From an uncultured Gemmatimonadaceae bacterium (GTDB taxonomy: Bacteria; Gemmatimonadota; Gemmatimonadetes; Gemmatimonadales; Gemmatimonadaceae): a stretch of 64,000 nt of DNA. The notes under the pieces were generated by a model. That model did not search any database. It was not told the origin of the DNA and saw only the letters and a list, made by a program, of their open reading frames with translations. Below, piece after piece: positions 54,236-63,433 of this stretch. The position numbers and the translations under genes were made by a program. Position 1 is the first letter of the stretch, and the number at the start of each line of letters is the position of its first letter. The stretch covers positions 352,001 through 416,000 of the forward strand of contig CAWAGQ010000013.1 of the NCBI GenBank assembly GCA_963781585.1, read 5' to 3'.

Positions 54236-54421
54236 GACGAAGCTCCGCCAGGGGAAGGTCTGCGACGATTCTAACTCCCGGGGCGGAGGCTGGGCCAGCG
54301 CGCGCGGTGAATGACGGGAGTGGGAGGGCGCGCGACGTCTGGCCGCTCCAAAGTCCGGCTGCGGGCGCAGTGCATCGTCGTCTCCGAAGTCCGGCGCTCG
54401 CGGTCGCGCCCGTCGAGCCGC

Positions 54422-54470
54422 CCTTGACTTTCTAGGCCGGGCCGAGGCATTCTGCCCTAGACTTCCGAGG
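54422..54470 (+). promoter_or_regulatory. Promoter with two palindromic operators (consensus CCTAGA-N3-TCTAGG) upstream of padR
   Basis: CCTTGACTTTCTAGG (54422-36) overlaps -35 TTGACT; CCTAGACTTCCGAGG (54456-70) follows -10 CATTCT (54448-53). Confidence 0.7.
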
Positions 54471-54478
54471 ACAGAGCC

Positions 54479-54835
54479 ATGCCCGACCTGAACCAGCAGA
54501 TCCTCCGCGGCACTCTCGACCTGCTCGTGCTCAAGGCATTGAGCGGCGATCCCGCGCACGGCTACGAGATTGCCCGCTGGGTCGAGCGCGCCACCGCCAA
54601 CGCGCTTCGTATCGAGGACGGGTCGCTGTACCCCGCCCTGTACCGCCTCGAGGAGCGCGGCCTGATCGAAGCCGACTGGCGGCTCACCGACGACCGGCGG
54701 CGCGCCAAGTATTACTCGCTCACGGTCTCCGGGCGCCGGCGGCTGCGCGACGAGACGGCGAGCTGGACCCGCTATGCGCGCGCCATCTTCGCGGCGCTCG
54801 AGGTCCCGATGCGGACGCAGCCCGCGAGGGCCTGA
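54479..54835 (+). CDS. PadR-family transcriptional regulator (ADOP-associated type)
   Basis: LRGTLDLLVLKAL, HGYEI, GSLYPALYRLE, RRAKYYSLT. Confidence 0.93.
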   Translation: MPDLNQQILRGTLDLLVLKALSGDPAHGYEIARWVERATANALRIEDGSLYPALYRLEERGLIEADWRLTDDRRRAKYYSLTVSGRRRLRDETASWTRYARAIFAALEVPMRTQPARA

Positions 54836-54837
54836 TC

Positions 54838-57516
54838 ATGCCCGCCCACGATCCGATCTGGCGCCGCTACCTCCGGTTCACGCGTCCCGATCCCCGCGCC
54901 GATGTCGGCGACGAGCTGCGATTCCACTGGGAGGAGCTGGTGCGCCGGTACCGTGCGGAGGGCATGGACCAGGGTGCGGCCGAACGCGCCGCCCGCGCGC
55001 AGTTCGGCGATCTCCAACGCGTGCAACAGGCGCTCGGCGAACGGTCCGTGCAGCAGCAACGGCGTGCCGAACGCGCCGGATGGTGGATGACCCTGCGCTA
55101 CGATGTCCGAGTTGGCGCACGGAAGTTGATCCACCAGCCCGCCTTCAGCATTGCGGCCATCGCCACGCTTGGCCTGGGGATCGGGGCCAACGTTGCCGTG
55201 TTCAGCGTGGTCAATTCGGCGCTCATCCGCCCGCTTCCGTATCCGCAGGCTGATCGCCTGGTTCGACTCTACGAGATGTACAAAGGGCGGCCCTTCACGG
55301 TTTCGCCACCCAATTTCAGCGACTGGCGTGCGCAGGCCCATTCGTTCACCGGCGTGGCGGCGTTCAACAACTTCGCGCGCACGCTCACCGGGTACGGTGA
55401 CCCGCAACCCGTACCGTCGGCATCGGTGACCGAGGACTTCTTCAAGGTGATGGGTGTGCAGCCGATTCGAGGGCGTCCGTTTTCCGCCGGCGAACTCACG
55501 TATGGCCAGACGAACGCCGTCATCCTCTCCGATGGATTGTGGCGCACCACCTTCGGCGCGCGGGAGGATCTCGTTGGCCGGACCCTGCAGCTCGACGGCC
55601 GCGCGTTCGACGTGGTGGGGATCATGCCGCCCGGCTTCGACTACCCCTCCGGGACGAAGCTCTGGACGCCCTGGGCCTTCAGCGCGGACGAACTGGCGAC
55701 GCAGCGTGGCGCGCACTGGCTGAGCGTCGTGGCGCGCCTGACACCTGGTGTGACGCTCGACGCCGCCACCCGGGACGTGGCTGCGATATCGGCGCGTCTC
55801 GCGGAAGCGTACCCGAACACGAACAAGGACGATGGGGCGACGAGTCGGACGCTTCGCGATGCCATGGTGGGGGCGACACCGCGTCGCGCGCTTCTCGTTC
55901 TGCTTGGCGCGGTTGCGCTGGTGGTGCTGATCGCCTGCAGCAACGTGGCCAACCTGCTGCTGGCGCGTGGTGCCGTGCGCCAGCGCGAGCTCGCGACGCG
56001 CGCTGCGCTCGGCGCGCGCCCGCGCGATCTGATCGGCATGGCGCTCACCGAGAGCGTATTGCTGGGGGTGATCGGAGGTGTGGTAGGGTTGGCGGTCGCG
56101 TGGTGGGCGACGAAAGGGCTCGACGCGTTGCGGCCCGACGCGCTCCGGCAGCTCGGGGCCGCGCGGGTGGATCTGACGGTGTTGTTCTTCACGCTTGGTC
56201 TCAGCGTGGCGACCGGGCTGCTGTTCGGGATGGCGCCTGCGCTGCAGGCGGCGCGCGTGGCGAACGTGCACGGCACGCTCCAGGCGGGGGGGCGTGGAGG
56301 GACCATCGGCCGGGCCGGGTGGCGCGTTCGGGGCGGACTCGTGGCCGTGGAGCTGGCACTGGCCGTGATGCTGCTCGTCGGCGCAGGGCTCCTCGTCAGG
56401 AGCTTCTCGCGGCTGCAGAGCGTGTCCCCGGGTTTCGACGGGAAGGGAGTCCTCACGTTCTACCTCTCGTTGCCCGGTCAACGCTACCCGAAGGCCGGGC
56501 AGTCGGAGCAGTTCTACGGGCAGATGCTGGAACGGATCCGCGCGCTTCCGGGGGTGGCGAAAGCGGCGTCGATCAGCGGACTTCCCCTCGACGACTACAA
56601 TTACAGCATCAGTACCCACTCGCTCGACGGTGTGAACATCGAGGCGTCGGAACAACCGTCGACCCAGATCCGGGTCGTGACCGCCGATCTGTTCCAGACG
56701 CTGCACATCCGGCTCCTGCGCGGACGGACGTTCGTCGATACCGACCGCGAGGGCGCGCCTAACGTCGTGGTGATGAACGGCGCGGCGGCGAAGCTGCTGT
56801 TCAATACGACGGATCCGATCGGCCATTCGCTCGAGATCGGGACCGGCTTCGATCTTGGCCGGGGACGCGCCGGTGGGCAGGTGGTGGGGATCGTGGACGA
56901 CGTGCACGACGATGCACTCAGCACGGACCCCCGTCCCACGCTCTATTTCGCGCATGCGCAGTTTCCGCTCACCGACATGGCGATCGTGATCCGGGCTGCG
57001 GCTGGTGTCGATCCGGGTGCGCTCGCGACGCCCGTCCGCGCGCAACTCCGGCTGCTGGATAACGGGCTCCCGATGCTGGGGGTGCGCACCATGGATCGGG
57101 TCGCGCAGCTCTCGGTCGCCCAGCCGCAGTTCGCGATGACGCTGCTCGCCGCGTTCGCGGCCGTTGCCCTGGCGCTGGCGGCGGTCGGGGTATTCGGCGT
57201 GATGAGCTACGTCGTCGGGCAGCGCACGCGGGAAATCGGCGTGCGGATGGCGCTCGGCGCCGATGGGCACCGCGTGGTGGGAGAAACGCTACGTCGGGCA
57301 CTGGCCCCGGTCGTCCTGGGTGTCGTGATCGGGAGCGCGGGTGCGCTGCTGCTGACGGGGACCATGGCCAGCCTGCTCTACGAGGTGACGCCCGGGGACC
57401 CGGTCACGGTGGTCGTGGTGGCCGTGGGCATGGCATTGATCGCAGTCGTGGCCGCCTGGCTACCCGCGCGGCGGGCAAGTCGGGTGGATCCGGTGCTGGC
57501 ACTCAGAAGCGAATGA
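54838..57516 (+). CDS. ADOP-type duplicated MacB/FtsX ABC permease with N-terminal permease-prefix domain
   Basis: DELRFH..G..AERAARAQFGD prefix; LIACSNVANLLL, RTREIGVRMALGA, RVDPVLALRSE. Confidence 0.92.
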   Translation: MPAHDPIWRRYLRFTRPDPRADVGDELRFHWEELVRRYRAEGMDQGAAERAARAQFGDLQRVQQALGERSVQQQRRAERAGWWMTLRYDVRVGARKLIHQPAFSIAAIATLGLGIGANVAVFSVVNSALIRPLPYPQADRLVRLYEMYKGRPFTVSPPNFSDWRAQAHSFTGVAAFNNFARTLTGYGDPQPVPSASVTEDFFKVMGVQPIRGRPFSAGELTYGQTNAVILSDGLWRTTFGAREDLVGRTLQLDGRAFDVVGIMPPGFDYPSGTKLWTPWAFSADELATQRGAHWLSVVARLTPGVTLDAATRDVAAISARLAEAYPNTNKDDGATSRTLRDAMVGATPRRALLVLLGAVALVVLIACSNVANLLLARGAVRQRELATRAALGARPRDLIGMALTESVLLGVIGGVVGLAVAWWATKGLDALRPDALRQLGAARVDLTVLFFTLGLSVATGLLFGMAPALQAARVANVHGTLQAGGRGGTIGRAGWRVRGGLVAVELALAVMLLVGAGLLVRSFSRLQSVSPGFDGKGVLTFYLSLPGQRYPKAGQSEQFYGQMLERIRALPGVAKAASISGLPLDDYNYSISTHSLDGVNIEASEQPSTQIRVVTADLFQTLHIRLLRGRTFVDTDREGAPNVVVMNGAAAKLLFNTTDPIGHSLEIGTGFDLGRGRAGGQVVGIVDDVHDDALSTDPRPTLYFAHAQFPLTDMAIVIRAAAGVDPGALATPVRAQLRLLDNGLPMLGVRTMDRVAQLSVAQPQFAMTLLAAFAAVALALAAVGVFGVMSYVVGQRTREIGVRMALGADGHRVVGETLRRALAPVVLGVVIGSAGALLLTGTMASLLYEVTPGDPVTVVVVAVGMALIAVVAAWLPARRASRVDPVLALRSE

Positions 57517-57522
57517 GCCTCA

Positions 57523-57545
57523 CGCCGGCAGCGACGCTGCCGGCG
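57523..57545 (+). terminator. Perfect 10-bp stem-loop after the ADOP gene
   Basis: CGCCGGCAGC-gac-GCTGCCGGCG, 6 nt after the stop codon. Confidence 0.5.
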
Positions 57546-57630
57546 CCCTTCAAGAAAGCGCCGCGCTGCCACTAGCGCCGGCCGGGCTCCCGCACGCACA
57601 CTGTCATGGAACCCGCTTGATGGAGTGCGA

Positions 57631-59475
57631 ATGAGGAACGCCCGGATCACCTGTGCGATGGCCGTCCTGATGACCCTGTCGGTTGGCATGCCTGGGCAGT
57701 CGCAGGCGCCGTCCACACAACGACTCAACAAATACGGCAACCCGGCCAGGATGGCCCCGGCACCCACCTCGCCGTCGATCACGGCGAAGGACCTGCAGAT
57801 CCGCCTGTACCAGTTCGCGGATGACTCGATGCAGGGGCGCCAGGTGGGCCGCGTGGGGAACATGAAGGGAACGGCGTACATCGCTGCCGAGGTGAAACGT
57901 CTCGGCCTCCTTCCCGCTGGCGACAACGGCACCTACTTCCAGGTCCTTCCGTATCATCTGCACAGAATCACGGATCACTCGCGGCTCACCGTCGACGGGA
58001 ACCCGATTGCCTGGAATCGCGACTGGATCGCTGTGCCGGGCGCGCGTGCGCCGAGGCCGATCGCCGATGCCGAGGTGGTCTTCGGCGGGACCGCGGGGGA
58101 CACGACGAACGAGATCACGGCCGAGCAGGCCGCGGGCAAGTTTGTCGTTCTGCTGCCGGCACCGCCGCAAGCTGTTCCGGTCGGAGGCCGGGGCGGGCGA
58201 GGCGGGCGGGGAGGGTTCTTCGGATTCGGGGCGTCGCGATTCGGCGACGCAGTGGCGGTGGCGACGGTCGATCTCGACCGGCTCACTACCGCGCAACGAT
58301 CAGCCCTGGCGAGTCCGGAGGTCGCCTCGCAGAGTGGGGGGCGGGGCGGCGGCCGGGGAGGCCGGGGCGGACGAGGGGGTCGAGGCGGCGCACCGAACGA
58401 GCCGCCGGATTCCCTGGCGGTGCTGCACCAGCAGATCGACGCGCTGGCTCCTCAGGCAACCATCCGCCTGACGACGTCCGGGGCAACGCAGCTCTTCGGC
58501 GGGCGGTCGATCGCGTCGCTCACGCCCGGCACGACGGGCGGAACGGTCACCGCGTCGCTCGACTATCTCGAGTTGCCCAGCGAGTTCGGTCGCAACGTGG
58601 TGGCGATCATTCCCGGAAGCGATCCTGCGCTCCGCCACGAATACGTCGCAATCGGCGCGCACAACGATCACATCGGGATCAGCTCGCCCGTCGATCACGA
58701 TTCCCTCAAGGCGTTCAACGATGCGCGCAACCGGATGCTGATCGGGAACGACATGGCCGCACTCACGCCGGACCAGCTCGCGTCGATTCACGTGAATATG
58801 GACAGTATTCGGCGCATCTATCCGAAGGCCCGCCTGGACTCGATCAACAACGGCGCGGACGACGACGGCTCCGGTTCGATGGGGGTGCTCGAGATTGCGC
58901 AGGCGATCGCGGCGATGCCGGTCAAGCCCAGGCGCTCGGTGCTCTTTGTCTGGCACACCGGCGAAGAGGCCGGGCTCGTCGGCTCGAACTTCTTCACCCA
59001 CAATCCCACCGTCCCGATGGACTCGGTCGTCGCCCAGATCAACATCGATATGATCGGCCGTGGGCGCGCAGAGGATCTGCCGGGCGGCGGCCCCAATTAC
59101 CTCGGGGTGGTGGGGTCGTTCTTCGATTCGAAGGACCTGGGCGAGACTGTGGCGGCGGTGAACAGGAAGCAGTCTACGCCGCTTGATCTCGACTACAAGT
59201 ACGACACGACCCTCACCTGGGCGGGCTACAACAACATCTACGGCCGGAGTGATCACTACAACTACGCGCTGCAGGGTGTGCCGATTGCCTTCTTCTTTAC
59301 CGGATTGCACGGCGACTACCACCAACGCACCGACGAGCCGGAGTTCATCGACTATCCGCACTACGCGCGGGTCACCAACTACATCAAGGACATCGTGGTC
59401 GAGGTCGGAAACGGACCGCGTCCACGCATCAACGGCACGAGGCCGGCGAAGCCGCCCAAACCGGCGGTACCATAA
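57631..59475 (+). CDS. Secreted M28-family metallopeptidase with PA-like insert
   Basis: ADDSMQGR, GAHNDH, NGADDDGSG, GEEAGL, NIDMIGR, RSDHYNY, DYHQRTDE; ATG after GGAG. Confidence 0.92.
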   Translation: MRNARITCAMAVLMTLSVGMPGQSQAPSTQRLNKYGNPARMAPAPTSPSITAKDLQIRLYQFADDSMQGRQVGRVGNMKGTAYIAAEVKRLGLLPAGDNGTYFQVLPYHLHRITDHSRLTVDGNPIAWNRDWIAVPGARAPRPIADAEVVFGGTAGDTTNEITAEQAAGKFVVLLPAPPQAVPVGGRGGRGGRGGFFGFGASRFGDAVAVATVDLDRLTTAQRSALASPEVASQSGGRGGGRGGRGGRGGRGGAPNEPPDSLAVLHQQIDALAPQATIRLTTSGATQLFGGRSIASLTPGTTGGTVTASLDYLELPSEFGRNVVAIIPGSDPALRHEYVAIGAHNDHIGISSPVDHDSLKAFNDARNRMLIGNDMAALTPDQLASIHVNMDSIRRIYPKARLDSINNGADDDGSGSMGVLEIAQAIAAMPVKPRRSVLFVWHTGEEAGLVGSNFFTHNPTVPMDSVVAQINIDMIGRGRAEDLPGGGPNYLGVVGSFFDSKDLGETVAAVNRKQSTPLDLDYKYDTTLTWAGYNNIYGRSDHYNYALQGVPIAFFFTGLHGDYHQRTDEPEFIDYPHYARVTNYIKDIVVEVGNGPRPRINGTRPAKPPKPAVP

Positions 59476-59478
59476 CGG

Positions 59479-59553
59479 CAGCCATGGGGCCAGCCTTCAG
59501 CCATCGGCCCTCGGCCACGGTGTCGAAGCCTGCGCCGACCGCTGACCGCTGAC
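59479..59553. repeat. Heptamer tandem arrays in roughly inverted arrangement
   Basis: cagcctt-cagccat-cggccct-cggccac (59491-59518), then ccgaccg-ctgaccg-ctgac. Confidence 0.5.
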
Positions 59554-59592
59554 TTTCCCCGCGGGATGCCGGGGGTGCATAATACGCCCCCT

Positions 59593-61434
59593 ATGGGATT
59601 TCCGTCCCGGCGTCTCGCCGTCGCCCTGCTGGCCGCCTCCGTCGGTGGCGCGCGCATGGCGCACGCGCAGGAGTTCGTGCAGCAAACGCTGCTCGTCGCG
59701 CCGCTTTACTCGGAGGGCACGACCAAAGAGGCTCGGCAGGTTGGCGCCGCCCTCAGAACGCGCCTGGCGCATCTGGCGTCCAGACGGGAACTGGAGGTCG
59801 TCGGTACCGACACCCTGGAGGCGCTTCTCAGCAACTCGGGATATCGCCCCGACAGCGCGCTCAGCGAGTCCGATACGCGGGATCTTGCCCGGAAGATGCG
59901 CGCCGACGAGGTGGTCAGCGGGAGCGTGATCCACCAGGGCAGCGTCATCGAGGTGCGGCTGGCGCTGCGCGTTACCCGCGAGTGGCGGTGGCGCGAACCG
60001 ATCCGGGTCGTGCGCGCCACGTCGGTGGCCGCGGTGGCGGACACAGTGGCCGCCGAGATCCTGCGCGACCGCGCCCAGATGGCCGGGTTACGTCGCTGCG
60101 AGAACGCGGCCAGCATCGGCGATCTGACGGGCGCCGCGAAGCTGGCCGAGCAAGCGATCGCCCACGACCCGGTCAGCACGCTCGCCCGGACCTGCCTGGC
60201 GCTGGTGATCCGCTTCAATGGGGTCGGCGCCGACTCGCTGGTGCGCGTCACCGAAACCATTCTCGCGGTGGACTCGGCGAACATCGTCGCGGCGGTGATG
60301 CGTGCGCGGAACCTCGAGGCGGTGCGCTCGGCCGGTGCCTCCGCCGCGGCATGGCGGTCGGTGATCGGGCTCCGTCCCGACAGCCTCGAGCTGGCTTTGG
60401 AGGGGGTGGAGGAACTGATGCGCCTGCAGCGGCCTGCGTTGGCGCTGGACGCCGCGCGGCTTCTGCTTGGGATTCATGAGCGCGAGCCGCGCCTGCGCCG
60501 CCTCGCCTTTCGCGCGGAAGTGGCGTTAGGAGCGTGGGCCGACGCCGCGGCGCTCGGCGATTCGCTCGACGCCGAGGATCCGGAGTTCCGCGACGATTCG
60601 ACCTATGCGACGCGACACATCGAGGCGCTGCGGGTCACCGGCGACTCGCTGGGTGCGCTGGCGAAGAGCGCGCGCACCGTCAAGCAGCATCCAGGCGACC
60701 TGGTGGTGTACCTGCAATACCTGAAGCTCGTCGGGAGCGAGCAGCTCGCGGCGCTTCCCCGCGGGGTGGCGCGGTTCCCCGATGCCTCGGAGCTCCGGGT
60801 GATGGTGGCGCGCTCGGCGCTGTCCAGCGGGAAGAAGGGGGACGCCAGGGCTGCGCTCGACGTCGCCGTTCGGCTCGACACGTTGCTCACCCAGGGGTTC
60901 CTCCAGATCGCCGAGCTGTGGTTCGACGACAACCAGCCCGACAGCGCTCTCGCGACTGTCGCGCGGGCACCTCGCACCGGCGCGAATGCCGAGCTGCTGC
61001 GCACCTACGCCATCAGCCGCGGGCGGCTGGCGGTACAGAGTGCGACCGACAGCGCGCCGGATGGCTGGCGGATGGGCCTGTCGCTCTTCGCGCTGGCGGA
61101 CAGCGTGGAATCGCGCGAGGACTCACGGGGTCTGCTCGCGGTCACCACGCTCCAGTTCGCCCGAACCGCGCTGGTGGATGCGTCGAAGAGCCGGGATTGC
61201 CAGCAGGCGAGCCGGGCCAACGACCTGCTGGGGATGACCGCCGACGAATTGTCGCGTGGGGTGGGGGAAAGTGCGGGGATGACCGAGCTGCGTGGGGCGT
61301 ACGATGCCATGCGAGCCGCGACTGACAACGCGAAACGGATCTACTGCACGACTCCGAGAGCCCCGGAGCCCCACTGGTCGGTGCGCGACGGTCGCGTCCC
61401 GTGGCCGACTACGCGCCTGGCGAGGGCGGGATGA
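59593..61434 (+). CDS. Secreted hypothetical protein: N-terminal CsgG/TolB-N-like segment plus TPR-like helical repeats
   Basis: Signal peptide AHA; LARKMRADEVVSGSV; Ala/Leu-rich helices punctuated by DP/RP/FP turns. Confidence 0.65.
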   Translation: MGFPSRRLAVALLAASVGGARMAHAQEFVQQTLLVAPLYSEGTTKEARQVGAALRTRLAHLASRRELEVVGTDTLEALLSNSGYRPDSALSESDTRDLARKMRADEVVSGSVIHQGSVIEVRLALRVTREWRWREPIRVVRATSVAAVADTVAAEILRDRAQMAGLRRCENAASIGDLTGAAKLAEQAIAHDPVSTLARTCLALVIRFNGVGADSLVRVTETILAVDSANIVAAVMRARNLEAVRSAGASAAAWRSVIGLRPDSLELALEGVEELMRLQRPALALDAARLLLGIHEREPRLRRLAFRAEVALGAWADAAALGDSLDAEDPEFRDDSTYATRHIEALRVTGDSLGALAKSARTVKQHPGDLVVYLQYLKLVGSEQLAALPRGVARFPDASELRVMVARSALSSGKKGDARAALDVAVRLDTLLTQGFLQIAELWFDDNQPDSALATVARAPRTGANAELLRTYAISRGRLAVQSATDSAPDGWRMGLSLFALADSVESREDSRGLLAVTTLQFARTALVDASKSRDCQQASRANDLLGMTADELSRGVGESAGMTELRGAYDAMRAATDNAKRIYCTTPRAPEPHWSVRDGRVPWPTTRLARAG

Positions 61435-61949
61435 GATCGCGACCCGGATCGATCGCCGCTCTGGCGTTGACCGCCGCGTTAGGCGCGACCGGTTGTGGCC
61501 GCCGACCCGGCGCCGCCGCCGGCGACTCGGCGTATGCAGCCATGCAGGATCGCGGCCAGGCCGTGATGGGCGTGGACCAGTACGCCTCGCGGCACGTATT
61601 CGAGGATCTTCCCGACGGCGGGCGGATCGTGCTGGACGTGGACGATCCGGCTGACTCGACCGGCATCGCAAGGGTCCGGATTCACATGCGCGAGGTCGCC
61701 GCCGATTTCCAGGCGGGAGACTTCAGCAAGCCGATGATGGTGCACGCCCAGGTGGTGCCCGGCACCGACCGCATGCGCGCGCTGCGCGAGCACCTCCGCT
61801 ACGAAGTGGGGGACCGGCCCCGTGGCGCCGAAGTCCGCATCCGCAGCGACGATCCGGCAGCGGTCGCGGCCGTCCATGACTTCCTGGCGTTTCAGCGGAT
61901 GGACCACCGTGCCGGCGGGCACGAAGGGATGATGGGAGAGAAGAAGTAG
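61431..61949 (+). CDS. His/Met-rich small lipoprotein, uncharacterised
   Basis: Lipobox-like ATGC; RG..VMGVDQ..SRHVF.DLPDGG, HMRE, PMMVH, AVHDFLAFQRMDH..GHEGMM; ATGA overlap with the upstream gene. Confidence 0.75.
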   Translation: MRSRPGSIAALALTAALGATGCGRRPGAAAGDSAYAAMQDRGQAVMGVDQYASRHVFEDLPDGGRIVLDVDDPADSTGIARVRIHMREVAADFQAGDFSKPMMVHAQVVPGTDRMRALREHLRYEVGDRPRGAEVRIRSDDPAAVAAVHDFLAFQRMDHRAGGHEGMMGEKK

Positions 61950-61952
61950 CGA

Positions 61953-62651
61953 GTGGCAGACGCTCTCGAAGTCGGACACCTCTCGGTTTCCTTCGGTGAA
62001 GCGCGGATTCTCGACGACCTCAGTTTCCGCGTCGAGGCCGGGAGTTCGCTCGCGATCATCGGTCCCAACGGCTCCGGCAAGACCGTACTCTTCAAGGCGT
62101 TGATCGGCGCCCTGCCGGCGACGGGCTCGATCCGGTGGGCGCCCAACACCCGGATCGGCTATGTCCCGCAGAAGCTCGACATCGAGCGCGACCTCCCGCT
62201 CACCGGATGGGAGTTCCTGCGGGCGAAGGCGCGCGTCCTGCATGTGCCGGCGCGCGAAGTGGAGCGGGTGCTGACGCTGGTTGATCTGTCTCACGACGCG
62301 GCCGCTCACACCCTCGGTACGCTGTCGGGCGGACAGTTTCAGCGGTTGCTGGTGGCATTCGCGCTGATGGGGCGGCCCACCGCGTTGCTGTTTGACGAAC
62401 CGACCGCGGGGGTCGATGAGCCGGGGGAGCAGGGCATTTACGACTTGCTGCAGCGTCTGCAGCGTGAGGAAGGCCTCACCCTCCTCATCATCTCCCACGA
62501 GTTGAGCCTGGTGTACCGGTACGCCGAGAAGGTGCTCTGTCTGTCGCGATGGCAGACGTGTTACGGCGCGCCGATGGAAATCCTGACGCCGGAGCGATTG
62601 CAGGAGGTGTACGGCACGCCGGTGAAGTTCCATCACCATGTTGACGCCTAA
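61953..62651 (+). CDS. Metal (Zn/Mn) ABC transporter ATP-binding protein, ZnuC-like
   Basis: GPNGSGKT, IGYVPQ, LSGGQFQR, FDEPTAGVD, ISHEL, C-terminal HHH. Confidence 0.9.
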   Translation: MADALEVGHLSVSFGEARILDDLSFRVEAGSSLAIIGPNGSGKTVLFKALIGALPATGSIRWAPNTRIGYVPQKLDIERDLPLTGWEFLRAKARVLHVPAREVERVLTLVDLSHDAAAHTLGTLSGGQFQRLLVAFALMGRPTALLFDEPTAGVDEPGEQGIYDLLQRLQREEGLTLLIISHELSLVYRYAEKVLCLSRWQTCYGAPMEILTPERLQEVYGTPVKFHHHVDA

Positions 62652-63402
62652 CGATCTGGTGGTGCCGATCGGCATGGCGGTGGCGGCCGGACTGGTCGGC
62701 ACCTTCGCGGTGATGCGCCGCATGACGCTCGCGTCGGACGCCATCTCGCATGTCGCACTCCCCGGCATCGGGCTCGCCATCGCGCTCCGGGTCAACCCCG
62801 TGCTGGGCGGGCTCGCCGCGCTCTTTCTCGGGACGCTCATCGTCTGGGCGACTGAGAACAAGACCCGCCTGGCCACCGAGACGGTGATCGGCGTGGTTTT
62901 CTCGGCAGCACTCGCGATCGGGAGCATGCTCGCTTCGGGCGAGGATCTGATCGATGCGCTGTTTGGCGCCCCGGGACAGGTGGGCACCGTCGAGAGTATC
63001 CTGGGGGTGGTGGCCGCGGCGGTGGTAGTGGCCTTTCTGCTCGGCACCCGGAGCCGGCTGGTGATCGCGCTCGTTTCACCCGATCTCGCCCGAACGGCTG
63101 GAATCCCCGTGGAGCGGTCGAATCTCCTCTTCCTGCTCGCGTTCGCTCTGACCGTGGCGCTCGGCCTGCGCTACCTCGGCGTGTTGCTGATGGGGTCGTT
63201 GATCATCATTCCGGCGGCGACCGCCAAGCACCTCGCACGCAGCCTCCGTCAGATGCTGATGATCTCCGTGGCAATTGCGGTACTGACGACGGTGGCGGGG
63301 ATCGTGATTGCGCCGATGCTGGGGGTGGACAGCGGGCCGCTCATCATCACGATCGCGGCCGGGATCTTCTTTCTCAGTCTGTTCTCGCGCAGAAGCGTTT
63401 GA
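62638..63402 (+). CDS. Metal (Zn/Mn) ABC transporter permease, ZnuB-like (ABC-3)
   Basis: RRMTLASDAISHVALPGI, LFG, GVLLMGSLIIIPAATA, SGPLII. Confidence 0.9.
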   Translation: MLTPNDLVVPIGMAVAAGLVGTFAVMRRMTLASDAISHVALPGIGLAIALRVNPVLGGLAALFLGTLIVWATENKTRLATETVIGVVFSAALAIGSMLASGEDLIDALFGAPGQVGTVESILGVVAAAVVVAFLLGTRSRLVIALVSPDLARTAGIPVERSNLLFLLAFALTVALGLRYLGVLLMGSLIIIPAATAKHLARSLRQMLMISVAIAVLTTVAGIVIAPMLGVDSGPLIITIAAGIFFLSLFSRRSV

Positions 63403-63433
63403 CCGGGTTCCGTGCCGCCGGGTGTCGGTTCCT

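Noticed and set aside
54772..57270. 832-aa antisense ORF (also 49648-51849, 42361-44343, 44695-46134, 33119-34534)
   Set aside because: Shadow ORFs opposite clear genes, expected from stop-codon scarcity at high GC; no recognisable motifs.
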